NCBI GenBank assembly: GCA_043228905.1
Contig: JBHGNT010000016.1
Coordinates: 6,510,001-6,574,000 of the forward strand
Source: Azolla caroliniana
Taxonomy: Eukaryota; Plantae; Polypodiophyta
Length of the DNA: 64,000 bases
Reading direction: 5' to 3'
The notes beneath the pieces were generated by a model. That model saw only the letters and a program-made list of their open reading frames with translations, did not search any database and was not told the DNA's origin. Below, in pieces: positions 38,615 through 50,692 of this stretch. The position numbers and the translations under genes were made by a program. Position 1 is the stretch's first letter, and the number at the start of each line of letters is the position of its first letter.

Positions 38615-40708
38615 CTATCCTTCGGGAATGGGAGTCAATGTTGTTTGTCGAGTTGGCATGCTTCGCACACTCAGTCGACTTGTTTCGACTTGAAGGTCGA
38701 AAGTCCGATGACGACTCCCTTTGTTTGCATAGCTCGAAGCTGTTGGAGGTTTATGTGGCCGATTCTCTTGTGCCACAACTCGATGCTTGTCTCGATTTTG
38801 AGACCTTTGGCATACATGGCCGATTTCACTTCGTTCGAATTAAGGATGAACATTCGACCATCTCTTCGTCCTTTAGCTATGACTCAGTAATCTTTCTCGA
38901 TGAAGCATCCTTCGTTGTTGAAACGAACTTGTATGCCTTGCTCCACAATTTGGCTGAACGAGACCAAATTCTTCGTTATTGTGGGCATGTGCAAGACATT
39001 CTTGATGCATTTATTTTGGCTGTCGTTGCCGATGTGCCGAATCGGATGTGTGGTGTCGTAACCCATGTCTATGACGTCGGGTCAATTGGGTGTGCGCAAA
39101 TCACTGAACCACTCTTCGTGGGATGTCATATGATGTGAGGCACCGGAAACGACGAACCACACGTCTTTTGAGTTGGAGGTGCTTGTGGAGTTGAAAGTCG
39201 TCATAGAGTTCACTCTATGTCTCATTACGAATAGACCACCATAGTCATCGTATTCGGAGTTGTTGACATAGTTTGTGAGTTGTCGGCTTGTCAAAGCCGA
39301 CTCGCTTGTCTTTTTCCGACACTCCTCTTCGCGGTGGCTGATTTTGCCGCAATAGTTGCAAGCAATAGACCACGTTTCCGAAGGTTCCTTGATGGCTTCC
39401 TTCTTGTTGTCGAAGGTTTGAGTTCCCTTCATGTGATGGGTCTAATCGACCTCTTCTACCCCTTCGACCTCGTCCTTGGCCACAATCTGAATTCGAGAAG
39501 AATATTTGTCCTTCTGATGTCTTGGTTTTGGTTTGGACGTGGTTCTCTTCAACCATTAGCATTGATTGAAGCAGGAAGAACGAAGGAGGGTTTTCCCTTG
39601 CCAAGATTGCCATCCTCAATGAGTCAAATCGTTGTGTGAGGCCGCCCAAGCATACTTGAACCATCTCGTCTTTGTCGACATTTATGTTGATGGAGCCAAG
39701 CGAGTCGCAAATGCTCTTGATCTTGGCGGTGTAGTCTGACACAGACATGTCTTTTTGCCGAATGTTGTTCAACTCTTGTCGGAGTTGAAGCTTTCGGGCA
39801 GTTGTGTTGGCGGCAAACATTTTTTTTAAGTTCTCCCACGCCTCTTTGGGCGTCTTGGCGTCTCGAATGTGACTAAACATGTGGTCGTGGACACATGTTG
39901 CCAAGCAATGCATGACTTGACTCGCCACTTGCTCCAATCTTGAGTAGTTGGTGTTCTTTGGGCCGAGTCAATTTTCTTGAGCGTCGTTGATGTAGCTCCA
40001 ATACCCTTGGCGGACAAGGTATTGGTTCATCTTGTACTCCCAAGATGAATAATTACCCTACTCTAGCTTTTCACTACGGAGCGAGCTACCCATTTGTGTG
40101 TTCATTTTGATGTAGTGTCTTCTCTTCTTTTGATTTTCTTCATTCGATCACGTACACGTGCTACGTAGCGGCACTAAGGTAGCCGATGGCCGGATTTTGT
40201 CATCGACGTCTCGAACACACAATCACGGAGTCATGTGGGCTTAGTGGATTTTCTAAACCATTCTCTCTGATACCATGTTAAGAATTAGGTAATTAACTAT
40301 GGGTTAATTAGTACCTAATTATGAACTTAAGTTAAGCGAAAGATTAAGTGATATGTGTGCATATATGTGTGAGAGGAAGAGAGAGAGAGGGAGATACACT
40401 TATTAGCAATGATAAGATGGGGGATGAGTGACTATATTAAAAAGCATCATCAAATACAAAAATACCTACAATGAGGTATATATAGATCTCATGTGCAAGG
40501 GTGCACATGTGTGAGGAGAATATAGGTACAAGGGTGTAAGTCCTATATTAAATGTACTTGGGAGTGGAGGATCTGGAATATCCCACTTAAGTACAAGGTT
40601 CTATTTAAGGCGTTATAGTCAACACTTCTAACTAGATTCTATTTGGGTAACTACGAAGTTACATGGTTGACTAACTAACTTACTCTAATTGAGCTTGATC
40701 TCTCAACA
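38615..40708 (-). mobile_element. Copia 5' part: LTR 40276-40708, iMet PBS 40265-40275, gag, protease, pre-integrase region
   Basis: TGGTATCAGAG on minus strand; CNYCGKISHREEEC; WFVVSGASHHMT; LWHKRIGHIN...CEAC. Confidence 0.85.
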
Positions 40709-40869
40709 ATAATCAACTGCCATGTCATGGGGATCATAGTATGATATTATGTCCTAATCATAGAATGTAATATTTGTGTTCGTGCAAGCATTCAAACGAT
40801 TGAAAATGTTTGAAAACGGAAAAATATGTGCTCCTTTTTTTTCTTTTCTTTTTCATGTTTTTTATCACA

Positions 40870-41370
40870 AATTCAAGTCATCCTAGTGGTAACAAGACAT
40901 GCTATTGTTGTCTATGTCTTGTGATTGAGTCCTAATTTTCTCATCTCTCTTGTTAGTACCATAGCAAAATTTTATATTAGTTTTTTCGTTTTTTTTCATT
41001 TTTTGTTATTAGAAATAAGCTTAACCTAGTGGTAAATTGTCATGCTACTATTGCTTGTGTCTTGAGTTAAATTCCCAACTTTCTCATATCCTCTTGTTAG
41101 TGTCATGTTACTTTTTCTTTTTCTTTTTTGTTATTAGAAATTAGCTCACCCTAATGGTAAATTGTTATTCTACTACTGCCTATGTCATGTTTTCTTCATA
41201 TTCTCGAATATATGTATGTTTTATGAGTTTTTAATCGTTTATTTTTTCTTCTTTTTCTTTCTTTCTTTGTTATTAGAAATTAGCTCACCCTAGTGATAAA
41301 TTGTTATGCTACAATTGCCTATGTCATGTTTTCTTCATATTCTCGAATGTACATTTTATGAGTTTTTGAA
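40870..41370. repeat. Four diverged AT-rich tandem units of ~125-145 bp
   Basis: Recurrent CCTAGTGGTAA...TGCTA...TGTC core; TTGTTATTAGAAAT at ~41003, 41128, 41267. Confidence 0.75.
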
Positions 41371-43696
41371 CATTTGATTATAATTTATAATTACATAATT
41401 TGATTCAATCTCTATAGTTCATACTCCTTTTTTTGTAAAGTTCTAAAGTGAGGATGATAGAGATGTCTTGATTCTTAAGAAGCATCCCAAAAGTATGCAT
41501 ATAATACACTGCAAATATTGCAACCATACTTATGTTAGTGGTTCAGAATGGATTAGAGTCCACTTATTGGGATTGAGAGTGAATCAATATATAATATAAA
41601 CCATAGTCAATCTAATCCAACTTTGAGATGATTTACCATACACGTTTGATTGAATCATTCTCGAATGTGAATGCACGTATGATACGTATGGTTCAATCTA
41701 TGGTCCTAATCATAACTTGAACAGGGAGTTAAGCCTCAACCAGTTTGAGAGTTTCTAAACCTGAATCAAATCAGTTAAGGCTAAACTGACTTAGGAGCTG
41801 GTTTAGCTAAGCTGATTAAGCCTTAACCGGTTTGGCCCAAATTGGTTTGGTTTGGTTTGAGCCATCCCAAACCGAGCTAAACCAAACTAAACGGCCAAAC
41901 CGTTTAAAAATGGTTTAACGGTTCGGTTTAGGCTTGAGCCGAGTTGTCGCAGATTGATTCCTAGGTTTCCCCAACATTGTTGGCAAAAGTCCCAACTGTA
42001 ACCAGAACGATAGCATTGTTCCTAGGACTTTGTCCAACATTACTTGACACCAATGTTTAGGTTTGGTGTGCAAATTACAATTTCATGAATGTGTGCCTAT
42101 AAAACTTCCAATCTTATTGGAATGACACCACCATTAACATTCTAAAATATTTGTTAATTGACCAAATGTACAAATGTAGACATTTTCATAAATTAAATAA
42201 TATTTTTTTCGGATAAAGAGGTACAAATGTTTTTTACGAGTCATTGTCATAAAAACGAATGTAACATTTGCTTAAAAACCACCACATATATCTGTCATGA
42301 AAAAAATATTAATTACTTGAACTCATAATATTATAGGATGATGATCTTTCTACACCTAGACTCTTCTATTCTAGCTCCATGTAAACACTTTGGAATTTCC
42401 CTTATTTGGTGAATTTTACACGTCAAATATAAAAAAAAGTTTATTTTTGACAGGAGAGTTGGTTTTGATCTTACTCATGTTATAAAACCCTCTTTCACAT
42501 GCAATTGATAATATTGACAAAATCATTCTAACGTTTACTAGTCATCGTGATTACATCAATCTTTTGAAGATTCATGCATGTTTTTATCGCTTGATTAATC
42601 AATACACACAAATCCTTCTCAAAATGTTAACATGACAATTGAATGATTGTCTTATGAATGTGTTTCGTTTGTCCAAATTTTTATCATAGTACTGAAAACA
42701 CTTCATAGATTCAAACATGTGAAAATCATTCTTAAAAGAATGACATAGTAAAACATTGACTCAAGTGATCATAAGAGCATATCACACACTATATACGTTT
42801 TATGTATATTCACATCAACACCTCTATATATTTGACCCAAATGTAGGTGGTGTTGGTGTGAAATGCCACCATGAATCCATTCTCACAAAGTACCTTTGTC
42901 ATTACTAACAATAAATAGCAAATGATAAGTATCACTGATTGATTTGAAATGTTCTCCGCATAGTGATTTGTCTATATGATAATTAGTTGGACTCTGCTTG
43001 GATGCATATACTTTGGATTAAAAATCGAATATTACTATTTGGTGTTGCTACTTGAGACACTTAGCAACAAATCAATTATACACTAAAAAACAGTTGTATT
43101 TATTTAATATAAATGAAAACAAACATCTTATTTGACACATCTAATTGATAAAGCCTTTGCCTCACCTTCAAAAGAGGGATCAAGTCATCATCATTCATTT
43201 CGGAAATGGAAAAATAATGTAGGCAAAGTAAGAAATCTCTAGAATTTAGAAATTTCAATTTCTTACATTATTGCATCCAAACCTTTCTCAACCCTTAAGA
43301 ACCGGTGGAAAAAAGAACAAACTAAAGAAATAAAACTCAAGCAGGAGAAGAATCTAATCAAAAGTGAGAGAGGGGGATGGAAGCTTTTCGAACGAAGGAA
43401 ACAATATTTTATTTTAGTACGGGGAATAAAGGGAGATTGCTAGAAGAAGTCTCCCTTACTACCACACCACTCTTATTTCTTGGACATGCAAGTTGAATGA
43501 AAATGCTTTCCCCCAATATTTGGGGGATCATAGAATTCGAAAAACTATTTTTTTTCCCATAAAATTATCCTCCATTGGTATTAAAATTAGAGTGGCCAAA
43601 GGCAATATACAAAATAGTCCACTATTAAAATGAACATTGAATATCTTGTTACCTTTTTTCCCATATCTCCTGAGCTACCACAAGCCTGCAAGAGGC

Positions 43697-44095
43697 CTAT
43701 GAAGATGATAATGTCTGGGGAAAGGCCCCCATTTTGCAGCTGCTTAAAAGAAGTAAAGCTTCATGAACTTGATTATGCTGAGTATACCCAACAATGAGCA
43801 CGTTTGAAGGGACAATATTTTGATGAGGACGGCCTTTCAACAATTTCTCTACTTGTGCAAGCATCCCACACTTGACATACCTATCCACGAAGGTGGTACA
43901 AAATACAATATCCCCCTACATTAACTGCGTAATTCTGTCATGAATTGGTTGTCCTATGTGCGTTGTTTCTATTCTTCTACAAGCCTTCAATGTACAAATG
44001 AAGGTGATTGCATCTGGAGAAAGCCTCTCACTTTGCATATGTTCAAAACCGTACATCACTTCATAACATTGCCCTTGTTGGCCATATCCTCCTCC
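43697..44095 (-). pseudogene. PLS-class pentatricopeptide-repeat gene remnant
   Basis: GYGQQGQCYEVMYGFEHMQSERLSPDAITFICTLKAC...GQPIHDRI and DRYVKCGMLAQVEKLL...NIVPSNVLIVGYTQHNQVHEAL, with stop and frameshift. Confidence 0.85.
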
Positions 44096-44349
44096 ATCCC
44101 TCACTTCTCTTTGTCTAAAAAAGGGACTCAACCAAACCACCAACAATCTTCTTCAATAGAAAGATGAACACATATTAGCCTACGACTTAGTTGAAAGTTT
44201 ATGTGGACTACTTCAACACATGCTTCATCTGCTACATTTTAACACAAAAATAACCATGATGCTCCAACAACTCTTTTCTTCAACATGTGTCGACTTATCC
44301 TTATGCAGGCTAACCAAAAGCAGATCATTGAAGACCTATACAGTCAAAA

Positions 44350-45283
44350 ATAGAATGAGTCTACTCTTCTCATCCCCTCATGAAATTATCTTCAACCCCA
44401 ACATCATCATCCCTCATCCTTATCAAGAAATAGAAGATGTGCTTCTTTTTCCACATCCACCCTCTCGTCAAAGAACACCAAAGGCTTGTACCTACAACAA
44501 ACAACATGAATATAGTATGCATATTCCCTCTTGAAAATATGCTTCAACCCCCGACACCATCTTCACTCATCAAAAAATAGAAAAGTTGCTTCTTTTTCCC
44601 ACATCCACCCTCTCTCTGATTAACAACGAAGGTCTGCACCTACAAAAAACCAAAATGAGTATATTGTCCTCATCCCCTTCTTAAAATATGCTTCAACCCT
44701 CGACACCATCTTCACTCATCCTCTTCAAGAAATAGAAAATTTGCTTCTTTTCCCACATCCGCCCTCTCGCCAATTAACACCGAAGGCATGTACATACAAA
44801 AATAAAATGAGTAAATTATCCTCATCCAACCCTGAAAATATTATTCAGCACCCAACACCATCTGAACATTCATCCTTATTAAGAAACATAAGATCTGCTT
44901 CTTTTTCCACATCCACCCTCTCGCGGATTACCGAAGGCCTGTACATACAAAAACAAAATGAGTATATTGTCCTCAACCCCTCCTGAAAATATCCACCCTC
45001 TACACTCATCCTTCATCAAGATACAAAAAGATCAATTTCTTTTTCCACATCCACCCTCTTGTTGATTAACGTTGAAGGCATGTACATACAAACAAGCAAC
45101 ATGAGTATAATGTCCTCATTCTCTCCTAAAAATATGCTTCAGCCCCCGACACCATCTTCAATCATTAAAAATAGAAAAGCTGCTTCTTTTTCCCACATCC
45201 ACCCTATTGCTAATTAACACCGAAGGCCTGTACATACAAACATGCAACATGAGTATACTGTCCTCATCCCCTTCTTAAAATAT
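44350..45283. repeat. ~150-bp tandem array, six units plus a partial one
   Basis: ATGAGTATA...CCTCATCC and CCACATCCACCCTCT recur; unit starts near 44355, 44506, 44654, 44806, 44957, 45100, 45249. Confidence 0.9.
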
Positions 45284-45738
45284 TCGGCCGTGTAGCGGAT
45301 TCGGGCAGCCGGCGTGTCTTGGCATGGGAAGATTGACCTTGCCTGAATGGCCTGGCACTGTGTGAATACATAAGGTAGCTTCCCACCTGCTGTCTAGGCA
45401 GGATCTAGCCATTGCAATGTGGAGCCACCACTATCTGTATGGAAAATAACTGTAAAAGACGACTGGTTAGTCAAGGAAATTGTTAACAGTGTGCCTTTGA
45501 TTGCGTTTGGCTCAGAGAGCTTGAAAGGAAGAATGATGTCAGAGGATTTTCCATAGATAACAGAGATATGGAGAGACCTTGTGTCAAGGAAGAAATCCCC
45601 ACTGAATGGACGGGAGAGATGAAGGGTCGCAGAGCCATGGATGGACTTTGAGTCAAAATCTAAGAAGAGGGCAAGCTCGATTAGGTTAGTGAGAGGGTGT
45701 GTTGAGTCTGTGTAGGAATGCGGGTCTAGGGGTACTAT
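45283..45738 (-). pseudogene. LKHA4: 5' fragment (152 codons) of a leukotriene A4 hydrolase-like M1 aminopeptidase gene
   Basis: Manual translation: IVPLDPHSYTDSTHPLT...LFLDFDSKSIHGSATL...LDTR...[41 protein letters not shown]; start codon reads ATA, TAG at 45394-45396. Confidence 0.9.
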
Positions 45739-45808
45739 GGGGACTTGAGAAATTAGGGTTTTAGAAATCTTGGGACTTTCAGGGTTTTGGGGTTTTAGGG
45801 TATCAGGG

Positions 45809-46263
45809 TATTATAGATCATAGTACTAATGTAAGCTTAAGATAAGGATAATGAAAAGATAGATAGAAAGGAGAAAGAGAAAGAAGGGTGCCGATCCACC
45901 CGACCACCCCCGAGCGAAGGGATCGAGACGGACTCGAGCCTCGATCGGCGTCCCATACCACCGCCGTGGCGTCGAGTCGTACCTGGTGCTGGCGCGCTCG
46001 CTACAAGAGTTGACCCACCACACGAGCAGAGTCTCGATGTAGTCAAAAGATCCTCAAATGAGGGTAGCTAGGCCTCTTATTTATAGCGAAACCCAAGGCC
46101 CCCAGGCAAGTTCACACTTGACCTAATGGGTTGTCTCAATCCCGAGGATTAAAAGTAATCCTCCCCTTCTTTACACTCTCCTTTAACCCTCACACTTATC
46201 CACGTGTATAGAATACTACGGTAAATTCTTACCACGGGATATTATATGGTCATGCCCGTAACA
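45809..46263 (-). repeat. Chromovirus 3' LTR
   Basis: Element-strand termini TGTTAC...ATAATA; direct repeat of 52370-52824. Confidence 0.96.
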
Positions 46264-49200
46264 TACTCCCCCTCTTTAAAACATTGCACTCTTGCAATGG
46301 AAAGTTAGGGAAGTTAGTTCTAAGTGTATTTTCGCGTTCCCATGTGGCATCTTTTATTGATTTATCCATCCATTTTATTTTGAATTCTCGGATTTCTTTA
46401 GTACGTAATTTTTTTGTTTTAACATCGAGAATTCTTTCTGGTACATGTGGTTTAGAAGATAATTCTTCAGAAGTAACCAGAGTTTCAGTCATAACTGTAT
46501 TGTCGCCAGAACCTAGAAGTTCTTTTAGACGACTCACATGAAAGACTGGATGAATTCCGACACCATCGGGAAGAGCGAGACGATAGGCTGATGACCCAAT
46601 GCGTTTGAGGACTGTAAAAGGTCCACAAAACCGTGGGGCTAACTTAGCGCACTTACCCATAGACAATGTCTTAGAATTGTGAGGTACACGTAAAAATACC
46701 TTCTGTCCAGGGTTGAATACACGAGGTTGCCTATGATGATCGGCATAAAAACGCGCTCTATCTTGAGCTGTTTTTATATTATCTCGTGCAATATGCAACA
46801 TATCTTGCATATCCTGAAGAAAGTTTTGCGTACTTCGCAACTCATCATGATGTATAGTAACATCAATCGGGGCTCGTGGCTGAAAACCATACATCAACAT
46901 AAAAGGACTATATCCCGTCGACGTATGCTTGGAGCTGTTATAAGCAAACTCCAAAATTGGGAGATAACGTTCCCATTTTGTTGGTTTTGCACCAACGTAT
47001 GCTCGAAGCATGTCCTCAATAATTTGATTTACTCGTTCTGTCTGTCCATCGGATTGAGGATGATCCGTGGAGCTCATGCTCAACGTAGTTTCTAACTTCT
47101 TAAAGACCTGCGTCCAGAAGTCACTAGTAAACTTTGGATCTCGATCACTCACGATATCCATCGGTAACCCATAAAAACGAAACAATTCGTCAACGAATTG
47201 GTAAGCCAATTCAGGAGCTGTTACCGTGGTTTTAGTAGCAATAAATCTGGCCATTTTAGTTAGTCGATCAACGACAACCCAGATGGCATCATGACCTTTT
47301 TGGGTGCGAGGAAGGCTAACAATAAAATCCATGGATATACTTTCCCACTTATTATTGGGAATGTCCAAGGGATGTAAAAGTCCTGCGACTTTAAGTCGCT
47401 CGGCTTTGTTAACCTGACACTGGTGACATTTAGTCACATAGCTATGTATGTCAGGACGCATCTTAGGCCAATAAAATTGAGTGGAGATGAGAACGAGTGT
47501 ACGATGTATTCCAGGGTGCCCTGCTGAGGGTGCATCATGGCATTCAAAAAGAATCCTCTTTTTGACCTCGGGTAAATCTGGAACACAAACCTTCCCATTA
47601 CGGTAGAGCAAACCGTTAGCAATGTGGAAGTATTCCTTCGAGGATGTGGTGGTGTCTGTTCCAGACTCAACTCTTGCCCAGTATTTTGCGAAATAACTGT
47701 CATCAGGATACTTTCCTCGAAGGTGATCATAAAGATCTGATGATATTTCAGTGAAGCTAAGCGTGTTAACTTCACGGATGCGACTTAGTGCATCAGCGAC
47801 AGTGTTCATGGAACCTTTACGATATCGTATGGAAAAATCAAAGTCCTGGATGAGATCAGCCCATCGTCCCTTACGACCTTTCAGGTCTTGTTGGTCACAA
47901 AAATATTTCAAGGACTCGTGGTCCGTAGTTACCACAAAGTGATTTCCATAAAGATAATGGCGCCATGTTTTGAGCGCATGTATAACTGCAAATAATTCCT
48001 TTTCTTGAACGGTATACCGACATTGAGCAGAATCAAGTTTCTTACTCTCGAATGCTATCGGTTTACCATCTTGATACAAGACAACACCTATAGCGTAATC
48101 GCTGGCATCGGTTTCAACCTCAAAAGGTTTTGAAGGATCGGGTAAAAGAAGTGAAGGAGCCTTGCAAACCAGGTCCTTGAGTTCCGTAAAGGCAAGGTCT
48201 AGTGTAGCATTCCACACAATAGGTTTTGTAGACTTACGCGTTTGACCTTTTAAAAGATCAGTAAACGGTGTCGTCAATTGGGAGTAATTACGAAGAGACT
48301 TTCGCAAAAACCCCACAAAACCAAGGAATGATCGAACTTCTCGAATATTCCGAAGAGTGGGCCAAAGCTTGATTTTCTCAATGCGAGAAGGATCAATTTC
48401 AACTCGTTCGGTTATGAGATGTCCTAGATAAGTAATTGATTTCTTGAAGAACTCACATTTTGAGATCTTCGCATAAAACTGTTTGTCACGCAATGTTTGT
48501 AAAACAAAGCGGACATGTCTAGCATGTTCTTGTAATGTACGGCTATAAACTAAAATATCATCCAAGAAAATAACGACAAATTTTCCAAGTTGTTCTCGGA
48601 AAATGTCATTCATTTCTTGTTGAAAAGTAGCCGGAGCATTGGTCAAACCAAAAGGCATAACCAAAAACTCGTAATGGCCATAGCGCGTACGAAATGCCGT
48701 TTTAGGAACATCGTCCTCACTTATTCGTATTTGATGGTAGCCAGTACGGAGATCAAGTTTCGTAAAATACCGAGCTCCCTGGAGACGGTCAATTAGATCG
48801 TCAGCCCGGGGCAATGGATACGAATTCTTGATCGTCACTTTATTCAAGCGTCGGTAATTAATACACATACGCCATGTGCCCTCTTTCTTTTTAACCAAGA
48901 GAACTGGTGCACCCCATGGAGATTTACTATAACGTATATAACCCATTCGTAAATAGTCCTTGAGTTGCTTAGATACCTCATCTTCTTCGGATCGACTTAA
49001 GCGATACGGAGGTATACTTATTGGTGCAACACCAGGTACAATATCTATACGATGGTCTATATTACGTTTAGGAGGTAACCCATCAGGTAGTTCACTTGGA
49101 AAAACATCATGAAAATCATTTAAGATTTCATCAAGTTGTTGTTGTTCAAAATATGTTAATTGAATCGGGACATTATCGATATTGTAAACGTGAATGTCCG

Positions 49201-50680
49201 GATCAAGTACACAATAAAATAACGTAGAACAAGACAACTCGGATATTGATGGACACGAGGAAACAATCGAGAGGGATTGTTTTTTTACACATTGAATAAA
49301 ATGCGTACAATCGTTCAGTACAAAAGAAATGGAATGACGAACCCAATCAATAAATAAAGAAGAGTTTTTATTATAAAACCAGGGATAACCCAGTATTACA
49401 TCGGTGGTACAAAGATTCATTACATGGAAGTCTACTTCCTCTATATAAGTATCAATAGAAATTCCTAATGAATGAATCGCCCCGTTGATGTATTGTACTC
49501 TTCCATCAGCCAAGTGCACCGTGTAGGTGTGATCACTTACGGTGGGTTGGATTCCCCATATCTGAACCAAACGATCATTCACAAAATTGTGTGAGCTTCC
49601 CGAATCAAATAAAAATTGTACGGGAGATCCATTGATATACCCGTTTGCACGTAGTAAATCATTGGGACCCAATACATAGTGAGGGAAAGAACATTGACAA
49701 TTACTTAAATGATGTGTATAGACCTGAAGGACATTAGGAATCTGACCTTTATGGTCTGCAGCTTTAGCTTTGTTGTCGTGCTCTTTCCGTTGGAGCTTTC
49801 GACATTGATCTTTTGTATGACCCTTCTTTTTGCAGAATACACAAAAAGGATGTTGTCGCTTACAATCGCGATCCAGGAATTCGTTGGGTGTCTTGCGTTT
49901 CCCAACAAATTGCGACTGCTTAGTCCCGGGCGCTTCGTTGGGTTTGTTATGGTCCTTCTTCGAAGTGCGTTGATAGCGAAGAACTATTTCAACGGCCTCT
50001 TCGAAGGATTTTGGATCCTTATCGTGCACTATCCAGTGATAGTCCGAATTGGGGATGCCATTGACAAAACAAGCTATCAACCAATTGTCCCCTTCTAGAC
50101 CCGATTTTTGGATTTGGGTTCTAGCATGGTGAACATAGTCTTCTAGCGAGGAAAATTTCCTGCTAGAGAGGTTCATTAAAGCTTGTGCTGCCTCGGTTCG
50201 AGAGGGAGGTTGCAGAAATTGGCCCTTAAAAACCGTGACAAAATCTGTCCAGGTATCGGGCAATTTCCCCATAGTACGGAGGCCACGCCACCAGGCGGCG
50301 GCCTTACCCCCGAGTTCTCGGCCGACATATGCAATCTTCGTACTATCTGGCGTGGGATAGAGCTCAAAATGAGACTCCCATCATCCCAGCCATGTGCAGA
50401 TTGCTTCTTCGGTTCTTTCCTTTTTGTCTCCCGTAAATGGCTTAACGACAAATGATGGTTCACCTTGTCGCTCATCAGGTCTATTAGTCTCACGTTGTAG
50501 GCTAATGACACGTGCCTCAAGAGCACTCTGAGATTGCCGAAGTTCGGTCATCTGTTGAGCGGTGAAACTAAGGAATTGGGTTATTTGTGCCAAATACATC
50601 TCAGTGGACATTTGTCCAGGAGGATTCCCTTGAGTTCCTTCCGCTTGAGCGGATGACATCGGGTCGTTAATTTGAGCCAT
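46250..50680 (-). CDS. Single-frame gag-PR-RT-RH-IN-chromodomain polyprotein with one in-frame TGA at 50381-50383
   Basis: ORFs 50381..50680 and 46250..50272 are in the same frame; [48 protein letters not shown]...IKW...ATWE; stop lies 14 bp inside the 3' LTR. Confidence 0.92.
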
Positions 50681-50692
50681 TAAAGATTATTT

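Noticed and set aside
41720-41945. hAT/MITE-like subterminal AACC/GGTT repeats starting near CAGGG
   Set aside because: No matching terminal inverted repeat or TSD found, so not called as a feature
44350-45283. 150-bp array as an in-frame PPR-like coding repeat
   Set aside because: Units vary by non-triplet indels and contain stops; the similarity is limited to a few residues
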